Source: a virus
Lineage: Duplodnaviria; Heunggongvirae; Uroviricota; Caudoviricetes
Strand: one strand, 5' to 3'
Virus record (IMG/VR): IMGVR_UViG_3300040801_001888
DNA: 64,000 bases
The first letter of the stretch is position 1, and the number at the start of each line of letters is the position of its first letter. The position numbers were made by a program, and so were the translations under genes. The notes under the pieces are model-generated. The model was not told the DNA's origin and did not search any database. It worked only from the letters and a program-made list of their open reading frames with translations. Positions 29,219 to 38,343 of the stretch are shown here, piece by piece.

Positions 29219-29776
29219 TCAGAACCGCTTGCCGTGCTTGTGCGGGCGCTCGGCGTTGTAGGCGAGCTTGGCTTCGATCGCCTCGCCGACCTCGTAGACG
29301 AACCCAGCGGACATGTCCATGATGCGGATGACTGCGTCCGCCAACTCCTCCTCGACGCCGCTGAAGTCCGGGATATGCTCGCTCGGCGGATTGCCGTGAC
29401 GCATCGACTCCAGCGCCTCGGACAGCTCAGAGTGGATCAGCGCGATCATCTCTCCTTTGTTTCGCTCGTCGCCTTCGCCCCAGAACCCCTTCTCAATGTT
29501 GCCGCCGTAAATCACGGTCGACAGATCGTTCCACGCGTTCACAAACTGCCTGGCGACGCTCAGCTGCACGGGAGGGTTATCCGTGAGCGTAGAAGCGGGC
29601 AGGAACTCCTCCTCTTTATCGCCGGTCATCACGCGCAGGTGACCGACCAGCAGTCCGACATCCAGCAAGGCGTCTTCGAAGGACTTATCATCGCGGGCGA
29701 GCATCGCCTGGCTCATCCGGTAGATGTTCGCCGCGAGCTGGTCGACGGTGGACTTGGTTTCGTCGTTGAAGTTCAT
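29219..29776 (-). CDS. MazG-like nucleoside triphosphate pyrophosphohydrolase
   Basis: EEELADAVIRIMDM and ELSEALE motifs typical of MazG/HisE all-alpha NTP pyrophosphatases. Confidence 0.65.
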   Translation of the reverse strand: MNFNDETKSTVDQLAANIYRMSQAMLARDDKSFEDALLDVGLLVGHLRVMTGDKEEEFLPASTLTDNPPVQLSVARQFVNAWNDLSTVIYGGNIEKGFWGEGDERNKGEMIALIHSELSEALESMRHGNPPSEHIPDFSGVEEELADAVIRIMDMSAGFVYEVGEAIEAKLAYNAERPHKHGKRF

Positions 29777-30150
29777 ACAGGGTCTCCGTTTACTTTCAGT
29801 TGTTTTTCGATCTCTTGTACGAGCTTTTTGGCGATATCTTCAGCGATCATGCGATTAGCCACCTCTGTAGACTCGAAGTACAGATCGTTGAGTATCTCTA
29901 ACCTCGAATATACCGGCGATAGCCGAACTTCGATAGACGAGGGTCTAGTGGGGTGCGCCGATACTCTTATCTCAGGCGGATCCCATAAGGACGCGATTTG
30001 TTGCGCGCGTTCAATCGCGATCTTCCGCAGATCCTGGCGTAGGCTGTAGTTTTCACTCGCGATCTTCCGCAGCTCATGGCGTAGGCGGTAGTTTTCGTCG
30101 GTTAGCCCGCCTATTTGACTGAGCAAGTCTTGTTCTCTTTCGGGTGTCAT
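29773..30150 (-). CDS. hypothetical coiled-coil protein
   Basis: 125 aa with a repeated LRHELRKIASENYSLRQDLRKIAIERAQ segment. Confidence 0.35.
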   Translation of the reverse strand: MTPEREQDLLSQIGGLTDENYRLRHELRKIASENYSLRQDLRKIAIERAQQIASLWDPPEIRVSAHPTRPSSIEVRLSPVYSRLEILNDLYFESTEVANRMIAEDIAKKLVQEIEKQLKVNGDPV

Positions 30151-30359
30151 GCGTCCATCTCCGCTGTTGGTCTGAAAACGGCGCCGAGTGTCGCTCTGTA
30201 CAGAATCCGCCCGACTTGGATTCTACCCGTAAGGCGGATACCGGCGGCAAATGCGCGATTTAAGTCTTCACGGACAAAAGGCAGCATTTCCTCGACTAGC
30301 TCGTCTTCTGAATCGCCGACCAATAAGGTGCGGTACGGCTCGCTCAGGGCTACAGGCAT
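30147..30359 (-). CDS. hypothetical protein
   Basis: 70 aa; overlapping stop/start. Confidence 0.3.
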   Translation of the reverse strand: MPVALSEPYRTLLVGDSEDELVEEMLPFVREDLNRAFAAGIRLTGRIQVGRILYRATLGAVFRPTAEMDA

Positions 30360-30452
30360 CGGGATCTCCGGTCAAAATAGGTGGCGCTCTAGGTGCTTCC
30401 GGTACGCAGATTGTTAATCGTGCAAACCCCTAGAGCGCCGTGGGAAAGGTAG

Positions 30453-31022
30453 TTAGGGAACGTACCCTCGGTCGAAGGCGCAGACCACGCGCTGCTGGAG
30501 CTGGTCCAGGGAACCGTCGTTCAGGACCACGCGGGTGCGGACGCCTCGCAGCGATATCCAAGAACGCGAGTCACCCGAAAAGTCGCATCCAGGACGCGTG
30601 ACGTGCCACAAATTGATCTCCCAGCCTGGCAGATTTTTACAGCACGCTTCGACTTCAGAAACGAACCCGGCGTCAGTCACGACCGCGAGCCGGGGCGCCG
30701 CCGTGGCGATCGATTGCCCCAGCATGTGACCAAACCAGTCCATGCCCAGGCGGGGCTTTATCAGGTCTTCTGATAGGGCGATCAACAGGTCGCGCCCGGT
30801 GGTGCCGGTGGGGGCGGAGCGCCATGCCCACAGCCGAATGGGCGTGGACTTCAACTGCTCGATCTCGCTGTCCTCGCAGCCGATCAGGGCGCTCATCGCC
30901 TGACGCAACGGCGTCGCTGCCTTAAACAGTTGCGCGCCGTACCGCTCGGCGAGCATCCTGCCGACGGTGTCTTTGCCACATCCCGGCGGACCGTTCAGGA
31001 AAACGATTTTATGCGGAGGCAT
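30453..31022 (-). CDS. P-loop deoxynucleoside monophosphate kinase-like protein
   Basis: Walker A FLNGPPGCGKDTVGRMLAE at the N-terminus, 189 aa, like T4-type dNMP kinases. Confidence 0.6.
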   Translation of the reverse strand: MPPHKIVFLNGPPGCGKDTVGRMLAERYGAQLFKAATPLRQAMSALIGCEDSEIEQLKSTPIRLWAWRSAPTGTTGRDLLIALSEDLIKPRLGMDWFGHMLGQSIATAAPRLAVVTDAGFVSEVEACCKNLPGWEINLWHVTRPGCDFSGDSRSWISLRGVRTRVVLNDGSLDQLQQRVVCAFDRGYVP

Positions 31023-31233
31023 CGTCGTCCTCCTCGAAATAGAAAGACTCGACTAAGAATTCAGTCCAGTCGTGCGATAACCATCCCCTGGGTCCATCAA
31101 GGTCGAGATTATCGAATTGGGCCAGCACTACCCCCTGGGTAGGCGTGAAGCGTACCAGCGCCGTTTCCCCTTTCAGGACTTCATCTGAGCCAATATATGT
31201 TCCGCGTTTCACTGCTTGTCCAACTCCCGCCAA
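31009..31233 (-). CDS. hypothetical acidic protein
   Basis: 74 aa, C-terminus EEDDDASA. Confidence 0.3.
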   Translation of the reverse strand: MAGVGQAVKRGTYIGSDEVLKGETALVRFTPTQGVVLAQFDNLDLDGPRGWLSHDWTEFLVESFYFEEDDDASA

Positions 31234-31418
31234 TGGCGCACGCAGACCGGTTCGTTGCCGACCAGCAGCGCCGCCGGCATGTCGCAGTGGGCACAGGATC
31301 GGTCGCGCCGCTTGGCCCGATACTCGCCCTTCTTGATGGGCACCAGATCGATCTCAGACGCCGCCAGCGCGGCGCGCAGTTGATCGGCGTAGATGTCACT
31401 ATCGAAATGTACAATCAT
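31209..31418 (-). CDS. hypothetical protein (Cys/His-containing)
   Basis: 69 aa, contains CAHCDM...CVRHW. Confidence 0.3.
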   Translation of the reverse strand: MIVHFDSDIYADQLRAALAASEIDLVPIKKGEYRAKRRDRSCAHCDMPAALLVGNEPVCVRHWRELDKQ

Positions 31419-31612
31419 CAGTCGTCGTCCAGCGGTTCGGGGTTATCCCGCGAGTTGGCGCGGGCGATTAGGTTGTTGCATCGGGCTACTGCGTCAGTGC
31501 AGGCGCACCACAGCTGGTTCGGGGCTTCGGTGAAGTGGTCGCAATCCCGTTGCTTCTTGACGCTGTTGGCAGTGCAGACCCAACGGCGGTTACGCTTGGC
31601 GCAGTAGTTCAT
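31418..31612 (-). CDS. small Cys-rich (zinc-ribbon-like) protein
   Basis: 64 aa with CAKRNRRWVC...C...C...C. Confidence 0.3.
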   Translation of the reverse strand: MNYCAKRNRRWVCTANSVKKQRDCDHFTEAPNQLWCACTDAVARCNNLIARANSRDNPEPLDDD

Positions 31613-32481
31613 ACCGCCATCTCCATCTTGATTGCTGGGTGCGGGGAGTACCCTTGAAGCGAGAACGCCTGAGCGATGTCTTCGGCGGTCCGCAGATCCC
31701 CGATGTCGTCCAGGGTCTTGATCCGGTCATCGATGATCAGTTGCGGAGGCAACAGCGGAAGCCGATTAAGCTGTTCCTCAAGGGCTTCGATGTGGTTCTC
31801 GTAGACGTGCGCGTCGAAGGCGAAGTAGTGGAGCGTGCCGGGGACGTGCCCGGTAATCTGCGCCATCAACTGCAGCAGCATGCCGTACTGCGCCAGGTTG
31901 AACGGGGCGCCAAGTCCCAGGTCGTTGGAACGGATGTAGACGCTCATATCCAGCATGTCGCCAATCGCCCCGAACTGCATCATCATGTGGCACGGCGGGA
32001 GCGACATCAGGTGAAGCTCCGCTGGGTTCCATGCCGTGACGATCTCGCGGCGGGAGCCGGTGCCGGCGGAGAGGCTGTCAACGACTCTGCGTAGTTGATC
32101 GATCGCCGTGCCGTACTGAGTCCGCCAATTGCGCCACTGAACTCCGTACACGCGTCCGAGATCGTCCGGTCCTTTCCGGTGCTCATTGGAAAGCCACTCT
32201 CGGTTGTCATTGGCGTTGGCGTTCCAGACTTGGCAGCCCAGCTTGCGGAAGTCGGCAGCGTTGTCGAGACCCTGCATGAAGCCGATCATCTCGGCGTAGG
32301 CGGACATCCACGCGACCCGCTTGGTAGTCAGCACCGGGGCGCCTGCGGCGAGGTCGGCGGTCAGGTAGGCGCCATGAACCTCTAGCGCGTCGACGCCGGT
32401 GCGGTTGGTCGTGCATACCCCTTCGGTGAGCACTCGGTTAACGAGATGCAGGTATTGATGTTCTACGGGAACGTGGATCAT
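31609..32481 (-). CDS. thyA: thymidylate synthase family enzyme (ThyA-like; dUMP methylase or hydroxymethylase)
   Basis: TNRTGVDAL...PVLTTKR...LPPCHMMMQFG (catalytic Cys)...RSNDLGLGAPFNLAQY (Asn retained at the ThyA-N177 position). Start trimmed to the MIHVPVEHQYL methionine, which aligns with the ThyA N-terminus. Confidence 0.85.
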   Translation of the reverse strand: MIHVPVEHQYLHLVNRVLTEGVCTTNRTGVDALEVHGAYLTADLAAGAPVLTTKRVAWMSAYAEMIGFMQGLDNAADFRKLGCQVWNANANDNREWLSNEHRKGPDDLGRVYGVQWRNWRTQYGTAIDQLRRVVDSLSAGTGSRREIVTAWNPAELHLMSLPPCHMMMQFGAIGDMLDMSVYIRSNDLGLGAPFNLAQYGMLLQLMAQITGHVPGTLHYFAFDAHVYENHIEALEEQLNRLPLLPPQLIIDDRIKTLDDIGDLRTAEDIAQAFSLQGYSPHPAIKMEMAV

Positions 32482-32669
32482 TTTTCTGGTCCCATCACTT
32501 TCAGAATTCGGTTTAGAAGGGCGATCCGCTCCATGTTCCAGCCCCGTTGCTTCTCCGCCATGCGGCGGTTTCCGATGCGGTCGCAACGCTCAGCGTGGCG
32601 CTCCTGCACGGAGATCATCCCTTCCAGCAGTTCGATCTCGCGTTCTGTGAGTCGGTCGGACTTTTTCAC
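32478..32669 (-). CDS. hypothetical protein
   Basis: 63 aa, ATGA overlap. Confidence 0.3.
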   Translation of the reverse strand: MKKSDRLTEREIELLEGMISVQERHAERCDRIGNRRMAEKQRGWNMERIALLNRILKVMGPEK

Positions 32670-32890
32670 CTTTTCTTCCTCATCTTGATGGACGCTGCGC
32701 CCACCACGACCAGCGTAACGACGAGCGTCGGTATAGTCGCGTCGTGCGGGCCGTTGCCGAGTAGCGTTACCGATAGCGGAAGCGTGATAGGAAGCAGCAC
32801 TAAGGCTAGCAGAAACAGTCTGATTTGGTCTTTCGGTGTCACGATCAGTCCTTCTTGTAGCGTTTTGACGTGGTTGGAGGTATTAAGCAT
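32666..32890 (-). CDS. small membrane protein
   Basis: 74 aa with two hydrophobic segments. Confidence 0.3.
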   Translation of the reverse strand: MLNTSNHVKTLQEGLIVTPKDQIRLFLLALVLLPITLPLSVTLLGNGPHDATIPTLVVTLVVVGAASIKMRKKR

Positions 32891-33489
32891 CGGCGCGTTG
32901 GCCAGCCCCGATTAACCCGCGTTCGCAGGGTCTTCTCATTGATACCGAAGGCTTTTGCGGCGTCCGTAACCGTCATACGGCCTTTCGGGGTATCAAGAAA
33001 ATTATTGTCGCGGCGGTTCCTGTTTTGCGTCTGTCGACTCACCCACCTACAGTTCTCGGGAGAGTAATCTTTGTTATTGTCGATCCTATCTATCGTCATC
33101 CCGCCCTCGTAAGAGCTGGCCATGTCCGTAAAGAACTCCGCAAAATGAGACCACCGCGCGCAAACACTGATACCCCTACCACCGTAGTCGTCAAACTGAG
33201 CGTTATTTGGGTTAAAACAGCGTTGCCTGAGCTGTTTCCACACCCATCTGAGTTTCTTTTGCGTTGATGCCGTACTGTTGGCACCATGAGCGCAGTCTGG
33301 ACACGCCGCCTTTATCCCCTTTTTCTCGTGATTCCGTAGATATGACGCCGCCCTGACTACCTCAGCGCCACATTGACATGTACACCGCCACAACACGCCT
33401 TGCCCATTTGGACACGAGCCTACTTTCTCGGTAACAGCTAATAGCCCGAATGTTTGTCCTAGAATGTCAATAGCTTCAGCCATGCTCAA
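32845..33489 (-). CDS. HNH-type homing endonuclease-like protein
   Basis: Cys cluster (CTCQCG...CPDC) plus YGGRGISVCARW...IDRIDNNKDYSPENCRWVSRQTQNRN, characteristic of phage HNH_3/AP2-type free-standing endonucleases; inserted between thyA-like and the DNA polymerase. Confidence 0.45.
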   Translation of the reverse strand: MSMAEAIDILGQTFGLLAVTEKVGSCPNGQGVLWRCTCQCGAEVVRAASYLRNHEKKGIKAACPDCAHGANSTASTQKKLRWVWKQLRQRCFNPNNAQFDDYGGRGISVCARWSHFAEFFTDMASSYEGGMTIDRIDNNKDYSPENCRWVSRQTQNRNRRDNNFLDTPKGRMTVTDAAKAFGINEKTLRTRVNRGWPTRRCLIPPTTSKRYKKD

Positions 33490-35573
33490 TCCTTACGATA
33501 TCTCTTTGATGTGTAGCCCGATGCACCCAAGAAGAAGCGGTCATCAAGCCAGTCAGGTAATGTTGTCATGTATCCGATTAGCCTGTCAAGTGCTTTAGTG
33601 TCTGTTTCATCACACATTGAGAATATTTCATCGTAGCAGTCTCCGACCACCTCCAAACCTGGATCGGCGTTCGCCTGTTTGAGACCGACCCACAGAATGT
33701 CTCGGCATAACCCCTGAACCAAATTCTCAAAAAATTTCGGCCCTCGGGTATCTACTCGCCGCCAAGCATTGCCCGGGGCGTTCTGGTCAATGCCCATGTA
33801 GCTGATCGAATCCGCTGTGAACGGGTCTTTGTCGGGTAGGTGGATGACCCGCCCATACTCAATCTCAGGCCGGTAGTAACTGAGGTAGCGCCCGGACGGC
33901 AGCTTCATGAACAGGAAAGTACCGTCATAGCGGAACGTCGTGCAGCGGTGTCTGTGATAGTCATACTCTCGATAGGTAACGCCGAAACGTCCTTCAGTCT
34001 CCCCCCGTACCGCTTTTGCGGCGAGGGCGTGGAACTCTCGACCGGGGTTCTCGATGGCGGCAATGGCCGCGCTCTGGAGTTGTTTCCAATAGTGCGGGAT
34101 CTCGTGGTAGAGGGTTCTGAAGGTGCGTATTTGTCGTTCCGCTTCTTCTAGTTCAATCTCAACGCCCATGCCGGCGCCATACCCGACAAGCCCGCGCCCA
34201 GAGAGGCCATAAGATGCGCCGAGAACACTTGGTTTATAGTAAGTCCGTTGCGCCTTGGTCACTTCTTCATAATCAATGCCTTCCGCTTCAGCGGCGAAGC
34301 TCTTGTAGGTATCCCTGCCAGCGAAGAAGATGTCCAGGATCGTGTCACAACCCGCTACCCAAGCCGCCCCCACGGACTCGATCGACGACAAGTCAGCCAC
34401 ACACCACAACTTACCCTCGGGTGCCTTAAGCATTGCCCGGATGCAGCTGGACAGCGTGTCGAGCACCGATCCTGGAAACATGATCTCCAGCAAGTCTTTG
34501 TCGCCGAACCGAAGCCATTCGGCGGTGGCTTCCGGATAAGGTATTGCGGGCCTGGGCAGGTTCGCCGGGTTCAGCGTTCGCCCGGCGACGCGCCCGGTGC
34601 GGCTGGCGCCGTAGAACTGCCAACCGCCGCGCAGGTTCCCGTCGTCGCTGGTGGCGGCGTTCAATGCAGCGTACTTCTTGACGGAGGACTTGTTCAGCGC
34701 TTGGCGCAGCTCAAGCACCTCGCGGACGGCAACGGGCGTCTCGGGATCATCGACGGCGTCGCGGACCGTTGCCTTGGTCAGATCCGGGAGCGGCGCATAG
34801 GGCATCTTCTGGTTGACCCATCCCAGCATCTGATCGCGGCTGTTCGGGTTGGGCAGGCCCGTCTTATGGCGCAGGGTCTCCATCAGCTCTTCCTGCTCCT
34901 GCGCGATGATCTCCAGCGCGCCGGTGACCGCTTGCTTATCGATCGGGATGCCCCGGCGGTTGATCTCACGATAGATCAGCTCCTGCTCGAGGACTTTCCG
35001 GACGCTCGGCACACGCCATCCCTGAGTCAACCACTGCATGCACCAGCGCAGCAGGTCGCGCTCAACGCGCACGTCATTACCGCAGTAGCGGACGAACTCG
35101 TCCCACAGATCCGGGGATTCATGCCACGCCTTTTTCAGGGAGGAGAACGTGCTGATGCACAGTGATCCCTTGGGGTTCTTCTCGACTTCCAGCGGGGTCT
35201 GCGACAGGACGTCCGCCAGGCGACCGGCAAAGCCCAGCTGGTACGCGCAGACGAGCACGTCGATCCAGCGTTCCGACGGCGTCGGGTAGCCCATGCGCGC
35301 CAGTCCCGCGCGGTCGAACTCGCAGTTGGCGGCGGCGAGCATGACGGACGGGTCAGTGAGGGCGTCCTCGACCCATGCCGGGAGGCGCTCACCCGCCGCC
35401 TCGTGGTCGAAGACGTGGACGTCATCGGTGCCGTGGAGCCAACCAACGCCAGTCATGAAGACTCGCGTGCCGGGGTCGTCCCAGTACCTGAACTGACCTT
35501 CCTTTTTGATGTCGCAGGGAGACCCCGTCTCGATGTCCACGACGAGTATGCGGGGTAGGTTGGTCGGGCTCAT
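33486..35573 (-). CDS. DNA polymerase I (family A) with 3'-5' exonuclease domain
   Basis: Exo I motif ILVVDIETGS; Pol A motifs (...RTYYKPSVLGASYG..., ...YMGIDQNAP...); 695 aa. Confidence 0.9.
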   Translation of the reverse strand: MSPTNLPRILVVDIETGSPCDIKKEGQFRYWDDPGTRVFMTGVGWLHGTDDVHVFDHEAAGERLPAWVEDALTDPSVMLAAANCEFDRAGLARMGYPTPSERWIDVLVCAYQLGFAGRLADVLSQTPLEVEKNPKGSLCISTFSSLKKAWHESPDLWDEFVRYCGNDVRVERDLLRWCMQWLTQGWRVPSVRKVLEQELIYREINRRGIPIDKQAVTGALEIIAQEQEELMETLRHKTGLPNPNSRDQMLGWVNQKMPYAPLPDLTKATVRDAVDDPETPVAVREVLELRQALNKSSVKKYAALNAATSDDGNLRGGWQFYGASRTGRVAGRTLNPANLPRPAIPYPEATAEWLRFGDKDLLEIMFPGSVLDTLSSCIRAMLKAPEGKLWCVADLSSIESVGAAWVAGCDTILDIFFAGRDTYKSFAAEAEGIDYEEVTKAQRTYYKPSVLGASYGLSGRGLVGYGAGMGVEIELEEAERQIRTFRTLYHEIPHYWKQLQSAAIAAIENPGREFHALAAKAVRGETEGRFGVTYREYDYHRHRCTTFRYDGTFLFMKLPSGRYLSYYRPEIEYGRVIHLPDKDPFTADSISYMGIDQNAPGNAWRRVDTRGPKFFENLVQGLCRDILWVGLKQANADPGLEVVGDCYDEIFSMCDETDTKALDRLIGYMTTLPDWLDDRFFLGASGYTSKRYRKD

Positions 35574-35824
35574 CGGTTGTAGTAGTAGTCCGTGCGAGAC
35601 TGGCTGCCGTCCGGATAGGTCGTCACCAGCGAGCTGGTAGGGCGATCGCCGTCGTCACTGAGGGCGGCGAGCCCGCCGACGAGAATGGCAGCGAACAAGA
35701 TGCCCACGACGGCTCGCCCGCCGTCGGTCAGTTCGGTCCGGGTGCCGCCGTTGCCATCAGGCACAGTGGCGCAACCGACCAGCGCCACGGACAGCGCCAG
35801 GGCGGGTAGAAGTCGAGATTTCAT
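35570..35824 (-). CDS. lipoprotein
   Basis: Signal peptide with lipobox MKSRLLPALALSVALVGC; 4-nt overlap with the polA start. Confidence 0.5.
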   Translation of the reverse strand: MKSRLLPALALSVALVGCATVPDGNGGTRTELTDGGRAVVGILFAAILVGGLAALSDDGDRPTSSLVTTYPDGSQSRTDYYYNR

Positions 35825-35857
35825 GTGGTGGTCCTCTCAGGTGTAGGTTCGCGTCGG

Positions 35858-36070
35858 CTACCGGTTGCCGCGATTATCGCGCGGGCGTTCCCGGTTCTCG
35901 TTTTCGGGCAGGGGGTCGCGGATGATCTTCACCGATTTGGCACAGGTGAAGTTGACTTGGCACCGAGACGCGGAGTGGAAGGCGATCTCGATCTCGATGT
36001 CTTCCTGACCGGGGATCTGCAGGTGAATCTTGTCACCCTTGCTTGCCATAATCTTTAACATTGTTTTACC
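35858..36070 (-). CDS. small beta-rich protein (weak CsrA- or AbrB/MazE-like pattern)
   Basis: MLKIMASKGDKIHLQIPGQEDIEIEIA... resembles the swapped-hairpin / CsrA N-terminal strand pattern, but the conservation is weak. Confidence 0.3.
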   Translation of the reverse strand, partial: GKTMLKIMASKGDKIHLQIPGQEDIEIEIAFHSASRCQVNFTCAKSVKIIRDPLPENENRERPRDNRGNR

Positions 36071-36176
36071 CTCTAAGGTGTGTCGTTTCGTAAGAAGCTG
36101 CAGCATCGCATATCGTAGCTACGGTGTCAACAGCTTTGATTGATCGATAGTGCCGTCCCTGGCACATACTTAGCCG

Positions 36177-36890
36177 TTAGAAGGCGTCCCAGGGCACATC
36201 AGCTGCCGCAGGAGGAGCAGCGGGCGGCGGCGGCGGGGCAGCCACGGCACCGGGCGGGGGCGGCGGGGGCGCAGCGGACATTCCCTCGAACGGGTTGGCG
36301 GCATCGTCCGCCTCGGCGATATCACCGAACGCGCCCTCAGCCGAGACGCGCGAATCGAAGCGCCCGACATCGCGCTGCGTCACGTAGACCGCGTTCAGCC
36401 CGACCGCGATGCCGCCGTCAGCGGGCGTGTTGAGGTAGGAGTACAGCGCGATCGACGCGTAGACCTCCATGCCGGAGAAGACCAGCGCCCGATCGGTATG
36501 TGGGTCGACGGGGATCGGTTTGCCCTTGATCGGACCCGCCTTGACGACGATCGGCGGCGAGGACGCGGCGCTCTTGGCGTTCAGCACAAAGCAGTCCTTG
36601 ATGTTCGCGTCTTGCGGGTACGCCCGGTTGGCGTCCTTCAGCGGGGTCTCGAACTTCATCGGCAAGACGCCGTCGGCCCATGCCTCATTCTTGACCTCCT
36701 CGATCAGGCGGTTGATCTCGGCAAGCAGTTGCGTATTGCTCGCCGGGATCACGATCCGCGCCGAGAACTTCGGATCACCGGACGGCTTCCCGTTGATCAC
36801 CGGCACGCGGGGCTCGAACAGCTCGGGGAAGCTCAAGCGGACCGGTGTGCTGGTGCGCTTGATTTGACGGTTTGCCTTCTTGTACGGCAT
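36177..36890 (-). CDS. DUF2815-like ssDNA-binding protein candidate
   Basis: N-terminus MPYKKANRQIKRTSTPVRLSFPELFEP; Pro/Ala-rich linker; acidic C-terminal tip DVPWDAF reminiscent of SSB C-terminal tails; adjacent to the DUF2800-like nuclease and polA. Confidence 0.55.
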   Translation of the reverse strand: MPYKKANRQIKRTSTPVRLSFPELFEPRVPVINGKPSGDPKFSARIVIPASNTQLLAEINRLIEEVKNEAWADGVLPMKFETPLKDANRAYPQDANIKDCFVLNAKSAASSPPIVVKAGPIKGKPIPVDPHTDRALVFSGMEVYASIALYSYLNTPADGGIAVGLNAVYVTQRDVGRFDSRVSAEGAFGDIAEADDAANPFEGMSAAPPPPPPGAVAAPPPPPAAPPAAADVPWDAF

Positions 36891-36936
36891 TCGATTTCTC
36901 CAGTTTCACAGTTTCACAGTTTTGGCTTTCGCCGTT

Positions 36937-38343
36937 CTACAGGTCGCCGAACGCATCTTCCGCGCTGGCGGTCTGATTCTTGATTGCCTCACGAGGGTCT
37001 TCGATCGGCGCGATGGTCACTTTGCCGGGTGGTTTGACGATCAACCGCTGGAACGCCTTAAAGCGCGTGCTCATGGCATCCACCCCGTTGCTCTTCAGGA
37101 TCTTCTCCACCTGCGTCGGGCTCTTGAGCTTTTCCTCGTAGAGGTCTCGCTTACCCAGCCCCCGATCCTTCCCTTTCTCGGCGTCGTGGATCTTGACCTT
37201 CTTCAACTCGGCGAACATGTCCGCCTCGTCGTCGTACATCCACTTACGGTTCGAGCGCCCGCGCACCACCTTGTACCGGGCAGCGATCTCGTCCGGGGGC
37301 GAGTCGCTCTGCAGCTTGGCGAGCGCATACGCCTCAACTGCCTGCAGCATTCCGCTGATCGCCTCACGGGCGTCCAGCAGCCCGACGATCTGCCCGTCTG
37401 TCAGCGTGCGGGTATCCTGCGCCGCGAAGTCGAAGGCGGCTTGCGCCATCTCTAGCGTGGTGGCAGGCAGGTCCGCGCCCTCGTCAACGATGCCCATGGC
37501 GGTGAGCTGACTGCGGCTGTACTCCCCGCAGATCGGGCGCTCGTCGTACCCACCTTGCCCGCCGATCGGACAGAACCGACACCAGTCGCCCGCGACGAGC
37601 ACCGGGTCGTCGGTCACGACTCGGTACTCCGCCTCCGCGACCTCCGCCAGGAACTGGTCCATCCAGACCGCTGTGTTGGGAATCTCGATCCAGCGGATGC
37701 GCGGGTCGACCTTGTCGCAGCGGGGCTGGACGATGGTCAGACGGGACTGCACTGTATTCAGGTCGAAGTCCCTGTGAAGACCTTCCGCGCAGAGGGTGCC
37801 CACCAGGTAGAACGCGTTCTGAGGATCTTCCGGCGGCACCGGTACGCCGGCGCCGTGCTTGTAATCCACATGCTCGATGAAGACCACGCGGCCACCGATG
37901 GAGAGCAGCAGCGCAATGTCGCTGGTGCCATCGCACTCGGTATGCCCCAGCACCGGCTCCAGGCTGACCGGGCGTTCAGCTCGCACATCTACCTGGGCGT
38001 TGGGCACCCCGTCCTTGATCGTCTGCGCCTTCAGCGCGACTACTCGCTCCTCGACGTAGTCGAGGCACTCCTGCACGGCGATTGCGTCGTTGTCGGTAAA
38101 GAGCACCATGCGGGGCGGCAGCGCAGGCTCGGGGTACTCCTCGGCTATCCGGACTGACGGTGCGCAGTTCATCCACCGTTTGGCGCCGGACGGACTGCGC
38201 CGGGAGTGCGGACCATCCTCGACCCTGATCATCTGCCCTTCGAAGTCACTCGCGGCGGCGTCCAGCCCGTACTCGTAGATCATCAGCAGGCACTGCTCAA
38301 GCACCCAGTGCGCCGCCGTGCCTTGATCGGCGAAAACGCTCAT
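36937..38343 (-). CDS. DUF2800-like PD-(D/E)XK (Cas4-like) nuclease
   Basis: 468 aa with a C-terminal Cys cluster (DWCRFCPIGGQGGYDERPICGEY) typical of Cas4/DUF2800 FeS nuclease domains; conserved partner of DUF2815 + family-A polymerase. Confidence 0.6.
   Translation of the reverse strand: MSVFADQGTAAHWVLEQCLLMIYEYGLDAAASDFEGQMIRVEDGPHSRRSPSGAKRWMNCAPSVRIAEEYPEPALPPRMVLFTDNDAIAVQECLDYVEERVVALKAQTIKDGVPNAQVDVRAERPVSLEPVLGHTECDGTSDIALLLSIGGRVVFIEHVDYKHGAGVPVPPEDPQNAFYLVGTLCAEGLHRDFDLNTVQSRLTIVQPRCDKVDPRIRWIEIPNTAVWMDQFLAEVAEAEYRVVTDDPVLVAGDWCRFCPIGGQGGYDERPICGEYSRSQLTAMGIVDEGADLPATTLEMAQAAFDFAAQDTRTLTDGQIVGLLDAREAISGMLQAVEAYALAKLQSDSPPDEIAARYKVVRGRSNRKWMYDDEADMFAELKKVKIHDAEKGKDRGLGKRDLYEEKLKSPTQVEKILKSNGVDAMSTRFKAFQRLIVKPPGKVTIAPIEDPREAIKNQTASAEDAFGDL

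Noticed and set aside
32481-32586. N-terminal 35-codon extension of the thyA-like ORF (MRPHRKPPHGGE...)
   Set aside because: Alignment to the ThyA N-terminus begins at the internal MIHVPVEHQYL; the extension would overlap the upstream gene and is Arg/Gly-rich.
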